From the NCBI RefSeq assembly GCF_006345805.1, contig NC_042998.1, positions 146,196,001-146,260,000 of the forward strand: 64,000 nt of DNA. Direction: 5' to 3'. Shown piece by piece: positions 25,530 to 38,100 of this stretch. Below the pieces are notes generated by a model, which saw only the letters and a list, made by a program, of their open reading frames with translations, had not been told where the DNA came from and searched no databases. Source of the stretch: Octopus sinensis. Lineage: Eukaryota. A program made the translations under genes and the position numbers. Position 1 is the stretch's first letter. The number at the start of each line of letters is the position of its first letter.

Positions 25530-26630
25530 TACGGTCATTTGTTACTGTTCTAGGACAGCACTCTCCATCCTATGAGATGACATCTGGTGTACCACACGGA
25601 TCTGTTCTTGGCCCCCTTTTATTTGTTGCATATGTTAATGACATAGATGCCAACTTAAAGAATGCCACAGTGCTGAAATATGCAGATGACATCAAGCTGT
25701 ACCTCGAAATAAAGAGGTCAGATCCTGTACACTATAGATCTCTATTGCAATCAGACCTGGACACAATGCAGCAGTGGATCATGGACTGGCAACTCAAGCT
25801 GGCTGTGGACAAATGTACCACCATGCATTTTGGGAGGAAGAACCCAGCGTCTACTTACTCCCTCCACAACACTAATCTCAAACAGTCCTCGTGTGAACGT
25901 GACCTGGGTGTTATTGTCGACAGCGATTTGTGTTGGACAAAACACATCGCTAAAATTGCCAAGAAGGCTGAGGGTGTCTTGGCATCACTCACCAAGTCCT
26001 TTGTGAGCCGCTCTCCAGCTATCTATCTGCGGCTTTGTATAGCTATGGTACGACCTCACCGGTCTGGAAGCCCTATCTTGCCCAGGATATTAATCGTCCG
26101 GGAGCCGTTCAGCGACGTGCAACTAAGAGAATGCCCTCCATCAGGCATTTGCCATATTCTGAACACATTACTTCCCTGGGCATGGATACATTGAAACTCC
26201 GACATTTGGCAGCTGACCTGGCAGACACCCATAAAATTATTAACCATCTTACAAATAATAACTCTGAGCACCTTTTCAAACTCCACCTGTCTAACACCCG
26301 TGGACATATTTAAAAAGTCAGAAAACAGCACAGCTCCCATGACTTTCAGAAACATTTTTTCATGCTAAGAGTTGCTGAAGCATGGAACAAACTGCCGGCA
26401 TCAGTTGTTAGTTGTCGGAGCACTGCATCCTTCAAAACTTCCATGTTTCCTGAGATTCGCCAACACTACACCTGATTTTCTCCCCTCCATACACGCGCAA
26501 GCATATATCTGACTCATACACTGTTTGCTTTCCAGACATTTGTACATTACTGCATACACTTTATATGCACTTTCTGACAAGTTTTGGTTCACCTGAGCAC
26601 TGTTTACAATAATTACATTATTATTATTAT
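25530..26630 (+). mobile_element. CR1/L2-type LINE, 5'-truncated (RT domain, 3' UTR, (ATT)n tail)
   Basis: SGVPHGSVLGPLLF, KYADDIKLY and CERDLGVIVD motifs; frameshift near 26060; second 3'-end copy at 51110-51447. Confidence 0.92.
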
Positions 26631-26879
26631 AACAAATAATCCAGAATCCTTGTCTGGTGCCGGATCAATCCCAAAATCTAATTAGTTTGTGCCAGTCACA
26701 AGGCCAACCATCCCTGAAAGTTTCATCCGAATCCATCCAGCGGTTCTTGAGATAACTTGTCCACGGACAGACAAACAAACAAACACAACTGAAAACGATA
26801 CCTCCACCTTCGCTAAGGTAGAGGTAGTAATAATAATAATAATAATAATAATAGTAATAATAATAATAATAATACAATA

Positions 26880-28110
26880 AAAGCTATACTACATGCAAAA
26901 ACCCTAGAACTAAATGGAATCGGGAAGAGTATAAACTAGTAATGGAAGCATACTACATGGCGGTTGTCACACCATCAGAAGATAACACGACAAAAAGGAC
27001 TTATCAATTATGGAGGCAATAAAATCCAACTTCAAGGTTAAATATGGATCCCAACAAGTTAGGGAATGTCCAAAGAGATATCATTATAAACAGGAGGCTC
27101 ACAGACACTGAGCTGGAAGAAATAAAAGAAAAAGTCAACAGATCTCACCGTATAACACCAAATACAAACGAAATAGAAATAGGGACTATAGAAAACCAAA
27201 AAGAGGATGTATCTGAGGAGCCCTCTGTGGGTAATGAGATAGAAGAATCTGTAAAACAACCAACAGCACAAAACAGTGACATGGATAGGGAGAAATATTT
27301 GGAGCTAAAAGAAGAAATACAGAGGAAATGGGAACAGGTAAAAGCACAAGACACCACAGACAAAGAGCCCCTACCAAAAGTCAGTATGGATAAGAACTTG
27401 AAAGGGTTGATTAAAATTAGCAATAATGTAATAGATGAGATAAAATCAACAACAATAGAACCACTAAATATAACATTGCTAGACCAACTAGCCTATGCCA
27501 CAGCTGCAGCTATTACTGAAGCAAAAGGCATAAAACTAAAAATGAAAACTGCTCAACAGAAGAAAAGACAACCAAAATGGAAAGAAAACTTAGGAAAGGA
27601 TATACAATGCATGAGAGGTGACCTATCAATACTGACTGAAATAAGTAATGGAAACCAGGTCAACTAAAGAAAAGCCAAGAAAATATGGAAAAAGCGTGGG
27701 ATCAAACAAAAAAATTAAATACCTGAAGCAAAAGAAAACCTAAAGCAAAAACTCCAAGCAAAGGCACAAAGACTGTCACGATATATAAAGAGAAGCAAAC
27801 AATTTAGACAAAACAAATTATTTAAAGAAGATGGAAAGAAATTTTACAGGGAACTCGGTAAACAACAAATAAATGTTGAGCAACCGCCAAAGAAAGAGGA
27901 TATGGAAAACTTCTGGAGTACGATATGGGAAAATGAAAAACAACATAATGAAGATGCAGAATGGATTAAAGGACAAGAAACACTCCTGGAAAATAAAGAA
28001 GTACAGGAATGGGAAGATATTCAAAAGGAGGAGTTCACCCTGGCCCTGAAAAAGGCCAGCAATTGGAAGTCACTGGGAATAGATCGAGTACCAAACTTCT
28101 GGATCAATAT
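26880..28110 (+). mobile_element. R4/Dong-like LINE, N-terminal part up to the start of RT, degenerate
   Basis: KWNREEYKLVMEAYY, RQNKLFKEDGKKFYREL, ENFWSTIWE and NWKSLGIDRVPNFW; preceded by (TAA)n at 26826-26875. Confidence 0.8.
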
Positions 28111-28359
28111 ATGGATTGAATTAATGCATAATAAAAGTGACTAAAAATTTAAGGTAATGAAGCTAAAATAATATAAACATGAATATAAATATGAAAATAA
28201 AGAGCAAAGTGGTAACCAGAAAAGAGACCATTCAAATCTATCTCTACAATTGTTTCAAAAGATGTTGCCTCACTTAGTAATGTAGAATCCATTAAGGAAA
28301 TCCAAAGGCAATGACTTTTTCATCAGGAGAAAACTTACAAAGGTCTCACATTTCTGGTT

Positions 28360-29890
28360 GTCAAACTATGATTTCTTTTATTGCCCACAAGGGGCCAATA
28401 CAAGGACAGACAAACATATAAGTGGGAACAAAAAAAAAAACAGTAAATGAATGGATAAGATGAAAAAGAACAATGAAATGGAATGAAGGCCACATATATA
28501 TCCACATCTGACTGACTTAATTTAGACCCTTTTAAACAATTCATATATAAACCATTAAAATGGCAACTTACTTAAGTTGATTGTCTCTGTTTCCATTCTT
28601 AGGTTCAAAATTTCTGTCGTGTATTTTTTAATTAGGCAGTTCTTTTCCTCCTCACTCACCAGGAGGCATCTGAAGTTCTCAGGTAAACCCTCCTTTTTTA
28701 TCAAGATCACAAACACAAGTGAGTTTATTTTCTTTTTTAATTCTGTTCTCAATTTTTTGTTCATTTTTTTTATACACTATCATGTAACATATTTTTTGGG
28801 AAGGGGAGGGTAATTTCGGGCACTTAGATGTCTGTGTCAGGAGGGGCAGGGTGAGTGTTGATGACTGCAGGGAGAGGGTGGGACAGTAAGGGATTGGGTG
28901 GGGTTCACATTTTTTCCTCAGTTCTTTTCTTTGCTTTTTTTTCCTCTTTTTGATTTGAGTTTTCCATTCCTCTTGGTTTTCTCCCTTCTCTGGTTCCTCC
29001 TCACAAGTACATAATGTCGCTGGTGGTGCGGTTTTCTTGTTTGGTACCCTTGTGCTGGGTAGAGGGCATTCTGCTTTAATGTGACCTTTTTCGCCACATT
29101 TAAAGCAACAGAGCATCCTGCCCTCCACCATGACTCTCAACTTTACATCCTCACCGACTGTGATAGTTTCCATCATCCTCTCCAAATCAATCAGGGTGGC
29201 CTGGATTACCATTTCCAGGCCCTGCCCTTGCCAATTCCTTGGTGGCACTCTCTTGGCCTGGAAGACCACAATTTTGTCCTCCATTCCTAACAGGATGACA
29301 GCTACCAGCCAGGCAACATCCACCTCAGGAGGGGTCTCCTCTACCCTTACTCTAAAAGCACATCTTCCAAGGAATATGGGCAGAAGGACCACTTTGTCCA
29401 TTTTGAGGGGAGTCACGGCATGCTGCCTGGCCACAGCTTCTGACACGAACTGCACCTCCACCATTGCAAATTTACTTCTTCTAGTGAGGTATTTTTCTTC
29501 CTTCCATATGGGCCTCAAAGCCCTTTCAACCTCTGATTTGGTTGTGACCTCTATTCGTTGGTGGAATTTCTTTGAATCTTTTAAAATCTCCTAGGCAAGT
29601 GTCTTCACTCTTCTCCTTCACTACCTATGCAAATTTCTTTACCTCTCTTGCTTCACCTATTTTCTTTAGACATTTCACTAGCTCCTCCTCAGACAACAAG
29701 TCTGAGGAGCTAATCTTTTCTGTTAACATTTCCATTACTGCACTTCATCCTTAAAACAAGGGGGAAAAGCGTTAACAAGGCTGCCATAAGCAGCCAACAA
29801 AGGTGTCATTAGACACAAAACAGTAAATTAACAGAAAAACAAATGAAACTTATGATACATGTAGTTAAACAATCAAAAAGGAGATGGAAT
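28360..29890 (-). mobile_element. LINE-ORF1-only unit, copy A
   Basis: Contains ORF 28679-29518 and a 3' tail ending gccccttgtgggcaataaaagaaat; no RT between ORF1 and the tail. Confidence 0.7.
28679..29518 (-). pseudogene. Gag-like LINE ORF1 with a CCHC zinc knuckle (279 open codons; 5' part broken)
   Basis: CFKCGEKGHIKAEC (CX2CX4HX4C) followed by a basic/acidic low-complexity tail; the track start is TTG, and the upstream homologous frame has a stop and a deletion. Confidence 0.8.
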
Positions 29891-30595
29891 TGCCCTTGCC
29901 AATTCCTTGTTGACACTCTCTTGGCCTGGAGGACCACAATTTTGTCCTTCATCCCAATAGGATGGCAGCTACCAGCCAGGCAACATCCACCTCAGGAGGG
30001 GTCTCCTCTACCCTTACTCTAGAAGCACATCTTCCCAGGTATATGGGCAGAAGGACCACCTTGTCCGTTTTGAGGGGAGTCACAGCATGCTGCCTGACCA
30101 CAGCCTCTGATGCAAGCCGCAACTCAACCATTCCAAATTTTTTTCCTCTAGTGAGGTATTTTATTTCCTTCCATATGGGCCTGAAAGCCCTTTCAACTTC
30201 TGATTTGGGTGCAACCTCTATTCATTGGTGTTTTACACTGTAAGTTCAATACAGTATAGTTCTTCTTGTTATCTTTTCTATAGTCTCACTGGGAGGGGAC
30301 ACCTTTACATTGTTCCCCTCCCTTTTCAGCATTTCTTTGAATCTTTTAAAATCTCCTAGGCATACGTTTTCACTCTTCTCCTTCACTGTCTCTGCAAATT
30401 TCTTCGTTTCTCTTTAAACTTTTCACTAGCTCCTCCTCAAACAATGACAAGTCTGAGGAGTTAATGTTTTCTGTTAACATTTCCATTACTGCACTTCACC
30501 CTTCAAACAAGGGGGAAAGCATCAACAAGGCCACCATAGTAGCAAAACAAATTAAACATGATACAAGTAAACAATTAAAAAAAGAGATGGAATCA
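29891..30595 (-). mobile_element. ORF1-only unit, copy B (3'-truncated)
   Basis: RQHAVTPLKTDKVVLLPIYLGRC...EETPPEVDVAWLVA, closely similar to copy A; truncated after the GGCAAGGGCA segment and joined directly to the 5' end of copy A. Confidence 0.75.
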
Positions 30596-30625
30596 ACTGT
30601 CTGGTTGTCAAACTGCATTCTTTAT

Positions 30626-30713
30626 TTTTGTTTTGTCTGTCCTTGTACTGTCCCCTTTATATTATTCTCTCCTATAACATAAAGGGGACAGTACAAGGAC
30701 AGACAAAACAAAA
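30626..30713. repeat. Perfect 35-bp inverted repeat with an 18-nt loop
   Basis: TTTTGTTTTGTCTGTCCTTGTACTGTCCCCTTTAT (30626-30660) and its exact reverse complement (30679-30713). Confidence 0.95.
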
Positions 30714-32059
30714 GTGGGGACAAAAAACGAATGAAAAAAGTATGAATTAAATGATGAAAATGAAATGAAGCCACTTGACCCCACATCCAGGCGACTTCAT
30801 TTATCCTTGTTATAACAATAAATTGTCTTTTTTTAAAAACATATAACACATAAAATGTTTATTTGAAAGTGTTAACCAGTTCATAGTAACCCACCAACTT
30901 TGGCAATCTTCTAGTGTCAATTTTCATTTCCCAGTAATGAGCATCATCTTCATATCCTTTCAGTCTTGGCATGTACCTGGAGTCTGTTATAACGCAATTA
31001 TAGTGCAAGGGCACCCCACTATGTTATGCAGTGTTTACCCATATTATTTGGTTGCAACTGTTTACCTCCTTAAGTAGCTCATCATTTGACACATCGTAAA
31101 AGACAATACTTTCTTTTTTTTACAGGGTGGGGGGGTTGGGAGGTTTGGGGCTCCTGTGCATTTGTAGTTAATTTATCAGTGTCAGGTGGGATATGGTAAG
31201 GGTTGGCGTCTGCTTGGGAAGGGTGGGCAGAGTGGGTTTGGTTGGGTGTTATCATTCACAGATTGTACCTTCTTCCTCCTCTTTCCAGCCATTTCCCATC
31301 CATCCTTCTTTTCTTTGGTTTCTCCTTCGGTGCTAATCTCTCTCCCACTGGTTCTCGCAAGCGGTGGAGGTGCAGTTTCCTTTTTATTCTCAGGAGCCTC
31401 TTGTGCCCTTACAGATAGTGGAGGACATTCCACTCTAATGTGGCCTTTTTATAGCAACGAGGGATCCTGACCTTCACTCTAACCCTGAGTATTACTACTT
31501 CAACTGTAATGGTTTCAACCAAATTTTCCAGGCCTTCCAGATTGCCTGAATTACCATATCCAGGCTCTGCCCATGCCAATTTTTATGTGCAATCCTGGTG
31601 GCTTGGAGGACCACTATCTTTTTTTCAAGGCCCAGCAGTATAGCACATACTAGCCAGGCCACATCTATTTCCAGGGGGATGTCTTCTACCTTTACTCTGG
31701 AAACACACCTTCCAAGGTATATGGGCAGAAGTACCACCTCTTCAGTTTTTAAGCGGGTTGCTGAGTGCAGCCTGGTGGTAGCTTCATCTCGGAACCACAC
31801 CCCCACTGTTCCAAATTTTCTTCCTCTGGCAAGGTAACAAATTCCCTACCAGATGGGTTTTAGTGCCTTTTCAATTTGATTTGTAGTCATCATTTCAATT
31901 TTCCTGGTTTCAACACTGTAAGTCATGTAGACTATAACACTTTTTCCTTCGTCTTCTGTATGACTTCTTGGGGAGGAGTCACCTTTACATCGTGCCCCTC
32001 CCTATGAAGCATATGCTTGTATTTACCAATTTCTTTGTTATGGCTTTTGGCCACGGCTA

Positions 32060-32492
32060 CAAAATTAATTTTATTTTCTCCTTTCCTGTCCACCACAGAA
32101 ATTGTTGAGGCAAGTGAAAATGGACAAAATCAAAAGCAAACTCGATGAACATAATGGAATTTGTAGTTTTGTGGTACCAGTGCCGGTGGCACATACGAAA
32201 ACCATCCGACCGTGACTGTAGCCAGTACCGCATTGACTGGCCTCCGTGCCGGTGGCACGTAAAAAACACCATCCGAGCGTGGCCGTTCGCCAGCCTCGTC
32301 TGGCACCTGTGCCGGTGGCACATAAAATCACCCACTACACTCTCGGAATGGTTGGCGTTAAGAAGGGCATCCAGCTGTAGAAACACTGCCAGATCTGACT
32401 GGCCTGGTGCAGCCTTCGGGCTTCCCAGACCCCAGTTGAACCGTCCAACCCATGCTAGCATGGAAAGCGGACGTTAAACGATGATGATGATG
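32060..32492 (+). mobile_element. RTE-3'UTR-type non-autonomous element with (GAT)n tail
   Basis: Closely similar to 60280-61142; ends ccatgctagcatggaaagcggacgttaaac(gat)n. Confidence 0.85.
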
Positions 32493-34028
32493 AATTCTTC
32501 CTCTGAAGATGTGAATTGTGAGGAACTCTGGTTTTCATAATCTATTTCACAACTGTGCTACCCACTTCAAAACAAGGGGGAAAACAACAAAACTGCTGTA
32601 AGGCAGCAAAAACAAGTGCTAAAATTAGCATTAAAGTGGAGGGTTTCGGACAGTGTAGCTCATATTCCTCCTCTTCAAATCATGAATATAGGATGCCAAC
32701 GCAGTAGAATTAGAGTATTTGGCATTCAAAAAGGAGCTCATGTGGGCTCTATATCGCCTTTTAAAATCTTGATACATCCTCTAACCAAATTGTTCTCTCC
32801 TTTAACTATACATTTATAGACTGTTTTTTTTCCTTAAGCAGACATTAATTAGGGGTTCTGCAATTACAACTAAATTTTGGGGTCCCATCAATCCCTGTAT
32901 ATTTAACGGGGTCCATTTTTTCTCCTGCATAAACATTCCTAAGCACTGAATCTTCAACACCTGAAAGTAGTGAAGAGTGCAATAATCCATCATTGTCCCC
33001 TGGATTATTAACTATACTATTAGTATGCACATTTGAAACAGGTGCCAAATTTTGCCTTCCATTTATTTTATTTCTATTTGAGAAGAAATAATGGACCCCA
33101 AGCTTGGTGTTACCAAGTATGAAAATTTGATTAATGATCTATTGCAAAAAGAATATTTGTGGCCTTTCGGGAAATTTTTCTCCAAAATATAAATATCATC
33201 ATCATTTAACATCTGTGTTCCATGCTAGCATTGATGGGACAGTACCACAAGCCTGCACCGGACTTCTGTTACTGTTTTGGCAGGATTTTTACAGTTGGAT
33301 GCCCTTTCTAACACCAACCACTCAGCAGAGTAGACTTAGTGCTTATTATGGCAAGGTTTTTACAGCTGGATGCCCCTCCGAACACCAACCCCTTTACAGT
33401 GTGGACTGGGTGCTTTTAAGTGGCACCTGCACTGACAGGGTCACCAAGTACTTGCGAGAAAAAAACTTTTAAGAGGGGAGGAGGTGATGATGAGAAAGTT
33501 ATAGTGCGACTGATATAGGTATTTGCTGAAGAGAGGAAGTACAAGGTTACCCAGCCAGAGAGAGAACGATTAGGGATGAAGATAGAAACAGGTGTGCTAC
33601 CACAAAGAAAATACATGGTTGCCCAGCCTGCGGGAAGTACAGAAGGAGAGAGCGGGAGACTGTAGGATGGAAATGGTGTCTCACACACACACATATATAA
33701 TTTAATATATATATATACATATATACACACACACATAATTTAATATAAATATACATATAATTTAATTAGAGGATGTGTAAACCTCATGAAGGATGGTTTC
33801 ATCCAAGGAAATACTGGTTTAATACTTAGTATTTTGGGGGAATTAATTTCCTTAAATAGGTATATATAAAAATGTATAGTTTATATTCATTTAAAAGAAG
33901 AAAAGAAAATAGAGATTAGGAAGTTAATAATTGCTTATTATTTACAGCAAAATGGTCATCTTCACTTACAGCCAATTCAATTAATGTACATTATTTACAA
34001 TTGACAGATATTTGTCCTCATCTTGCTT

Positions 34029-34076
34029 GTTAACATGTTTCAGCTGATATGCCCTCCAGCCTTCATCAGGTTTCTT
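34029..34076 (-). ncRNA. Hammerhead-like motif (left arm), partly decayed
   Basis: Minus strand: AAAC CTGATGA A GGCTGG AGGGCATA TCAGCT GAAAC ATGTT. Confidence 0.65.
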
Positions 34077-34270
34077 GGGTCCTCATTCCTAAGGTATTTT
34101 TCGATATTATTATTATTATTCAGGTCACTGCCTGGAATCAAACTCGGAATCTTGGGGTTAAGAGCGCAGGCTACCAACCCCAAGATTCAGAGTTCGATTC
34201 CAGGCAGTGACCTGAATAATAACGTTGAAAAATACCTTAGCAATGACAATCCAGGTTCAAAATTTCCCTA

Positions 34271-34317
34271 AGACGCCTGATGATGGCTGGAGGGTATACC
34301 AGCCAAAACGTGTTAAC
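34271..34317 (+). ncRNA. Hammerhead-like motif (right arm), G12>A
   Basis: GACGC CTGATGA T GGCTGG AGGGTATA CCAGCC AAAACGT GTT; perfect 6-bp stem II. Confidence 0.65.
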
Positions 34318-34966
34318 AACAAACAAGATGAGGACAAATATCTATCAATTGTAAATAATATATGTAAATCCTCATCTCTTAAATATAGAACTGTATTTCA
34401 ATTAATGTTCAATAAACATTAAATTTACATTAATGTGACATGAACACAATATCAGATATACATTTGGATGTTATATGTATGGTTCTAAATTCTGCTAAAA
34501 TGAAACCAAAATGTTCTGATGAATGTGTAATGTTAGCATGCTTGAATGAAAAAATACAAATATATTGAGAGAAAAACTGGGCATCAGAGAAATTGGATGT
34601 CGTATGTAGAAGATATCATTGGTATGGACATGTATTGATGAGGACAGCAGTATAAAGAAGTATTGCTTACTTACTGCATAAAGAACTTGCAGAAGAAGGT
34701 ACGGGAAAATGTGAGATGAAATAACGATCCTGAACTATTTCATTTGTTATCCATCCTTCTTAATACTGTCCTCTCTATCCACATTTTACATTTATCACCA
34801 TCCCCAAATGAACCACCTAATTACCTTCCCTCCTACACTATCATATATCCATCACTCTCCCCATACACTACACTTTATTGGCAACAGGAAGAGCATCCAG
34901 CTGCAAAATCCTGTCTCAGATAACTCCTCATCAAAAACCATGCAAACACAGAGAATTAGACATTAA

Positions 34967-35177
34967 CCCTTTTGTTACTGTATTTATTTTGAGAAGCTTT
35001 GTGTTTCTTTCAATTATTTTAAATACAAGAAAGAATTTAGTAAAATAACTTAGTTATCATTAAGCTAGTGTTAAGAACATAAATTGTGACTAAGGTTTGG
35101 TGGAAGATTTTAGTTCAAAACTTTCGAAAACAAGACATTTGTACTACAGGGCCAGAGCCGGTTTGGTAACAAAAGGG
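34967..35177. mobile_element. piggyBac-type MITE (211 bp)
   Basis: TTAA target duplication (34963-34966 and 35178-35181) and perfect 12-bp TIRs CCCTTTTGTTAC. Confidence 0.9.
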
Positions 35178-38100
35178 TTAAATAAATATGGTGTATGTGT
35201 GCAGATCTGTAATCCATGTCATAAAATGGTACCATGAGTATCATCCTCTCTCTGGCTCTCCTTCTCCTGAGATGGTCCTGTCTACTGTTCAAAGGACTCT
35301 TCAATATTCTCGGCAAAATATAAAGATCTATATGGTCTACACATCAACACATTTAAGTTATATTTGGAGCATCTATTATTACAACATCCTAGTTAAACAC
35401 ATATCACAAGAGCACTGAGAGTGGTATTAAACTTATTCAATCATTAATCCCCAAAATCATTCCTATAAGTAAATTTCTTTCTCCACCACAAATTCATCCA
35501 TCATTCTTGCACTTTCACTTCAATTTTTTTTCTATTAGAAAAAAAATTGTTTTTATTTTTGAGCTCCAATGACATAACATCTTTTTCTTTTTAGCTGGTA
35601 TCACACAAGATTTAGGAAGTCCTTTGCAAAAGTCAAATGATTTTTTCATGTAAATTTACCTCTTTGGGAATAGTGCAATGGTTTTATTTTGAGGGTTCAC
35701 CTTGACACATAATCACTGCATTTTTATCTCTTCCCCACTCCACTCATTCTCCTTAAATGTATTTGTGGCCCTTTTTACAGCAAGAAACAATTTATGTCCT
35801 GGCCCTTTCTTTCATCTCACAACATAAACTCTCTCAGAATTCATACATAGTCTTACAAGCTGCACAATGACCTCACTAATATAGGTAGTTAAAAAAAAAA
35901 AAATAAATAAAAAAGGTACCTGGTACAATCTGTGAAGTGGCTGGCATCCAACTGAAGAAACTCTGCCAAAGAAGACACTAGAACACTATGCAGTCCCTGA
36001 ACACATATCTTGTCAAACCATCCAACCCAGTATGGTTCATGGATTTTAAATAATAATTAGAGGCACTCAGCATTTATTCTCTCTAGACATAACTATTTGA
36101 AGAACATGGTCAGTTAAATGAGCTGACTATAAGATTCTGAAGTAGAGCTCTAATGTTTGCTAAACTTTGGTGGTGCCAGTCAAGGCTCCCAGTTGAGTCA
36201 AATAGCAGGTCTTGTGCCTAAGGTATACAGGATTCAGAGGTCTCCTCCATCCCTAGACATGTGTCAAGTAAACTAATCCCTTTGCCAAAGGGTTAAATAG
36301 GCTGTCTCATGGAAGTTTGAGAGAGAGAGAGAGAAGAGACTAGCAGAGTCAACCAAACTAGTAGAATGCAATGGGGAATCATTGCTGTATCTTTCCCAAG
36401 AAAAATCATGTATCCTCAGACTTTGCTATGAATATCCATGGTGCTGACCCCAGTGGGCATGTAGGAGTGTATCTTGGACAGGAATTAATGTTTCTTCCCG
36501 CAAATCAAAATTTTGTAAATCTTTTAGAAATTATTTCTTTTATAAAGACTTATCAGAGAAAGCCCGTTTTAAAATATCAAGGTGACAGGAAAATCAACAA
36601 ATTTCATTGATTGATGGAAGGGTCTTCTCGAGCTCTTCCATTTCATTTAAATTAATGCAGGTATGTGCCTTGAGATCCTACACAACTAGTGAGTTTGTAG
36701 TCATCTTACGAGCAAACTTGTCCAAACCATGCTAGCACGGAGCATGAACATTAAATAATGTGCAATTATTAAATGAGCCTCTAAATGATTGTTCAACTTG
36801 CTAGAACACAAAAAAGACAATTTAGTCCTAGCTGCACTAAACCTGAAAACAAAACAAGATGGTCGTGGCTGAAATGCCTTTTTTTCTTTTTCATTTAATG
36901 AGGAACAAAAGTAGTGTCCAATGACCATTTAAAGGGCCTTTGAGACTGCAATATATCAAACTGAGGAAAGGTTTGAATGCTTGCTACAGAGTAGGCTGAA
37001 GTCACCAAAATATGCCAGATGGTGGTGTTAAACTGGGCAACAAGTCCCTGGGACTAAACAGTATATTCTGTTTTGTTACAATGATTGAGCTATTTGCCTT
37101 GATTGCAAATGGAGATGAATGTGTAGGCATGTGTGATTAAGAAACTTGCTTTCCAACCAGGTGGTTTCAGGTTCAGTGCCACTACACATCACCATAGGTG
37201 TCTACTATAACCCGAGCCAAGTGTGAGTGGATTTAGGAGGCAAAACCTGAAAGCCCAACATATGTAGATACATATATATATAACAAATGATAGGCAGAAA
37301 ATGGAATATACAAGAAACTTGATTGCTGACAATGAACATTGAGGTAGTGACAATGACAATTGTGTAAATACCGTGCAACCAATGTCAGCATTGAAAACAG
37401 ATGTTAAACAATTTTATATATATATACACACATACAATCTGTGTGTATCTGTCTTGACATGATCAGTTTTATGATAGATGTGGAAACCTGACTGAACAAA
37501 GAGAGATCCAAAAATCTTCCCTTGCAAGACATCTATAACAGAAATTAAGATTCTATAATAATCAGGTTTATTTATAGCAGTGAACTGTAATAAGTATTAG
37601 TGGTACCTGTCATAAGACAGGAAACTTCAGAAGAAAACATTTGCCACCATGGGTAATATTAGAAATTCTACTATACATGTACAGGAATGACTAATAAACT
37701 TGCCTCCCAACTGTAGCCTTGATAGACGGAAACTGTAAGAAGCCCATCATGTATATATGTTGGTTTGTCCTGCTTGCTTCAGCAAAAAAGACCTGAGAAT
37801 AAGTACCAGGTTTTGAAAAAATGCAGTGTCAATTTATTCCACTAAAAATTGAAGGCAATGCCCTGGCATGGCTGCAGTCTAATTACCAAAACTATGCAAT
37901 GAGTGTCACTGAGCTGATGGATGGAAGGTTTCATAGAACCAGATGGGTTGGTGTGAAAAGGGACAAGTCAACAGTAATATCACTAGCTGTTTATGAATAA
38001 TAGACACCAAAGCTAGTTTGAATTAGCAACAATGAATATGAAATAAAAATGAAATTTTTTCCTAAAATAGGACCACTTCAAATTTTTTAACTTAAGATTT

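Larger units (their letters stand above)
30600..32620 (-). mobile_element. ORF1-only unit, copy C (more diverged, interrupted at ~32060-32492)
   Basis: VVLLPIYLGRCVSRVKVEDIPLEIDVAWLV; knuckle region near 31410-31450; homologous 3' UTR at 30600-30860. Confidence 0.7.
33991..34358. mobile_element. Fold-back of two head-to-head tRNA-headed, hammerhead-tailed units
   Basis: Arms pair over ~170 bp; the centre contains a tRNA-like segment with B-box GTTCGATTCC (34192-34201); hammerhead-like cores in both arms. Confidence 0.8.

Noticed and set aside
32057-32477. Overlapping GC-rich ORFs (also 60303-61118)
   Set aside because: Open frames in a GC-rich repetitive retroelement UTR on both strands; no domain.
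33778-33825. Further hammerhead-like motif (CTCATGA A GGATG/CATCC)
   Set aside because: Core altered, extra bases before GAAA and no palindromic stem III.
34157-34215. tRNA gene
   Set aside because: Only the 3' half with a B-box; the 5' acceptor strand is missing; part of a repeat.
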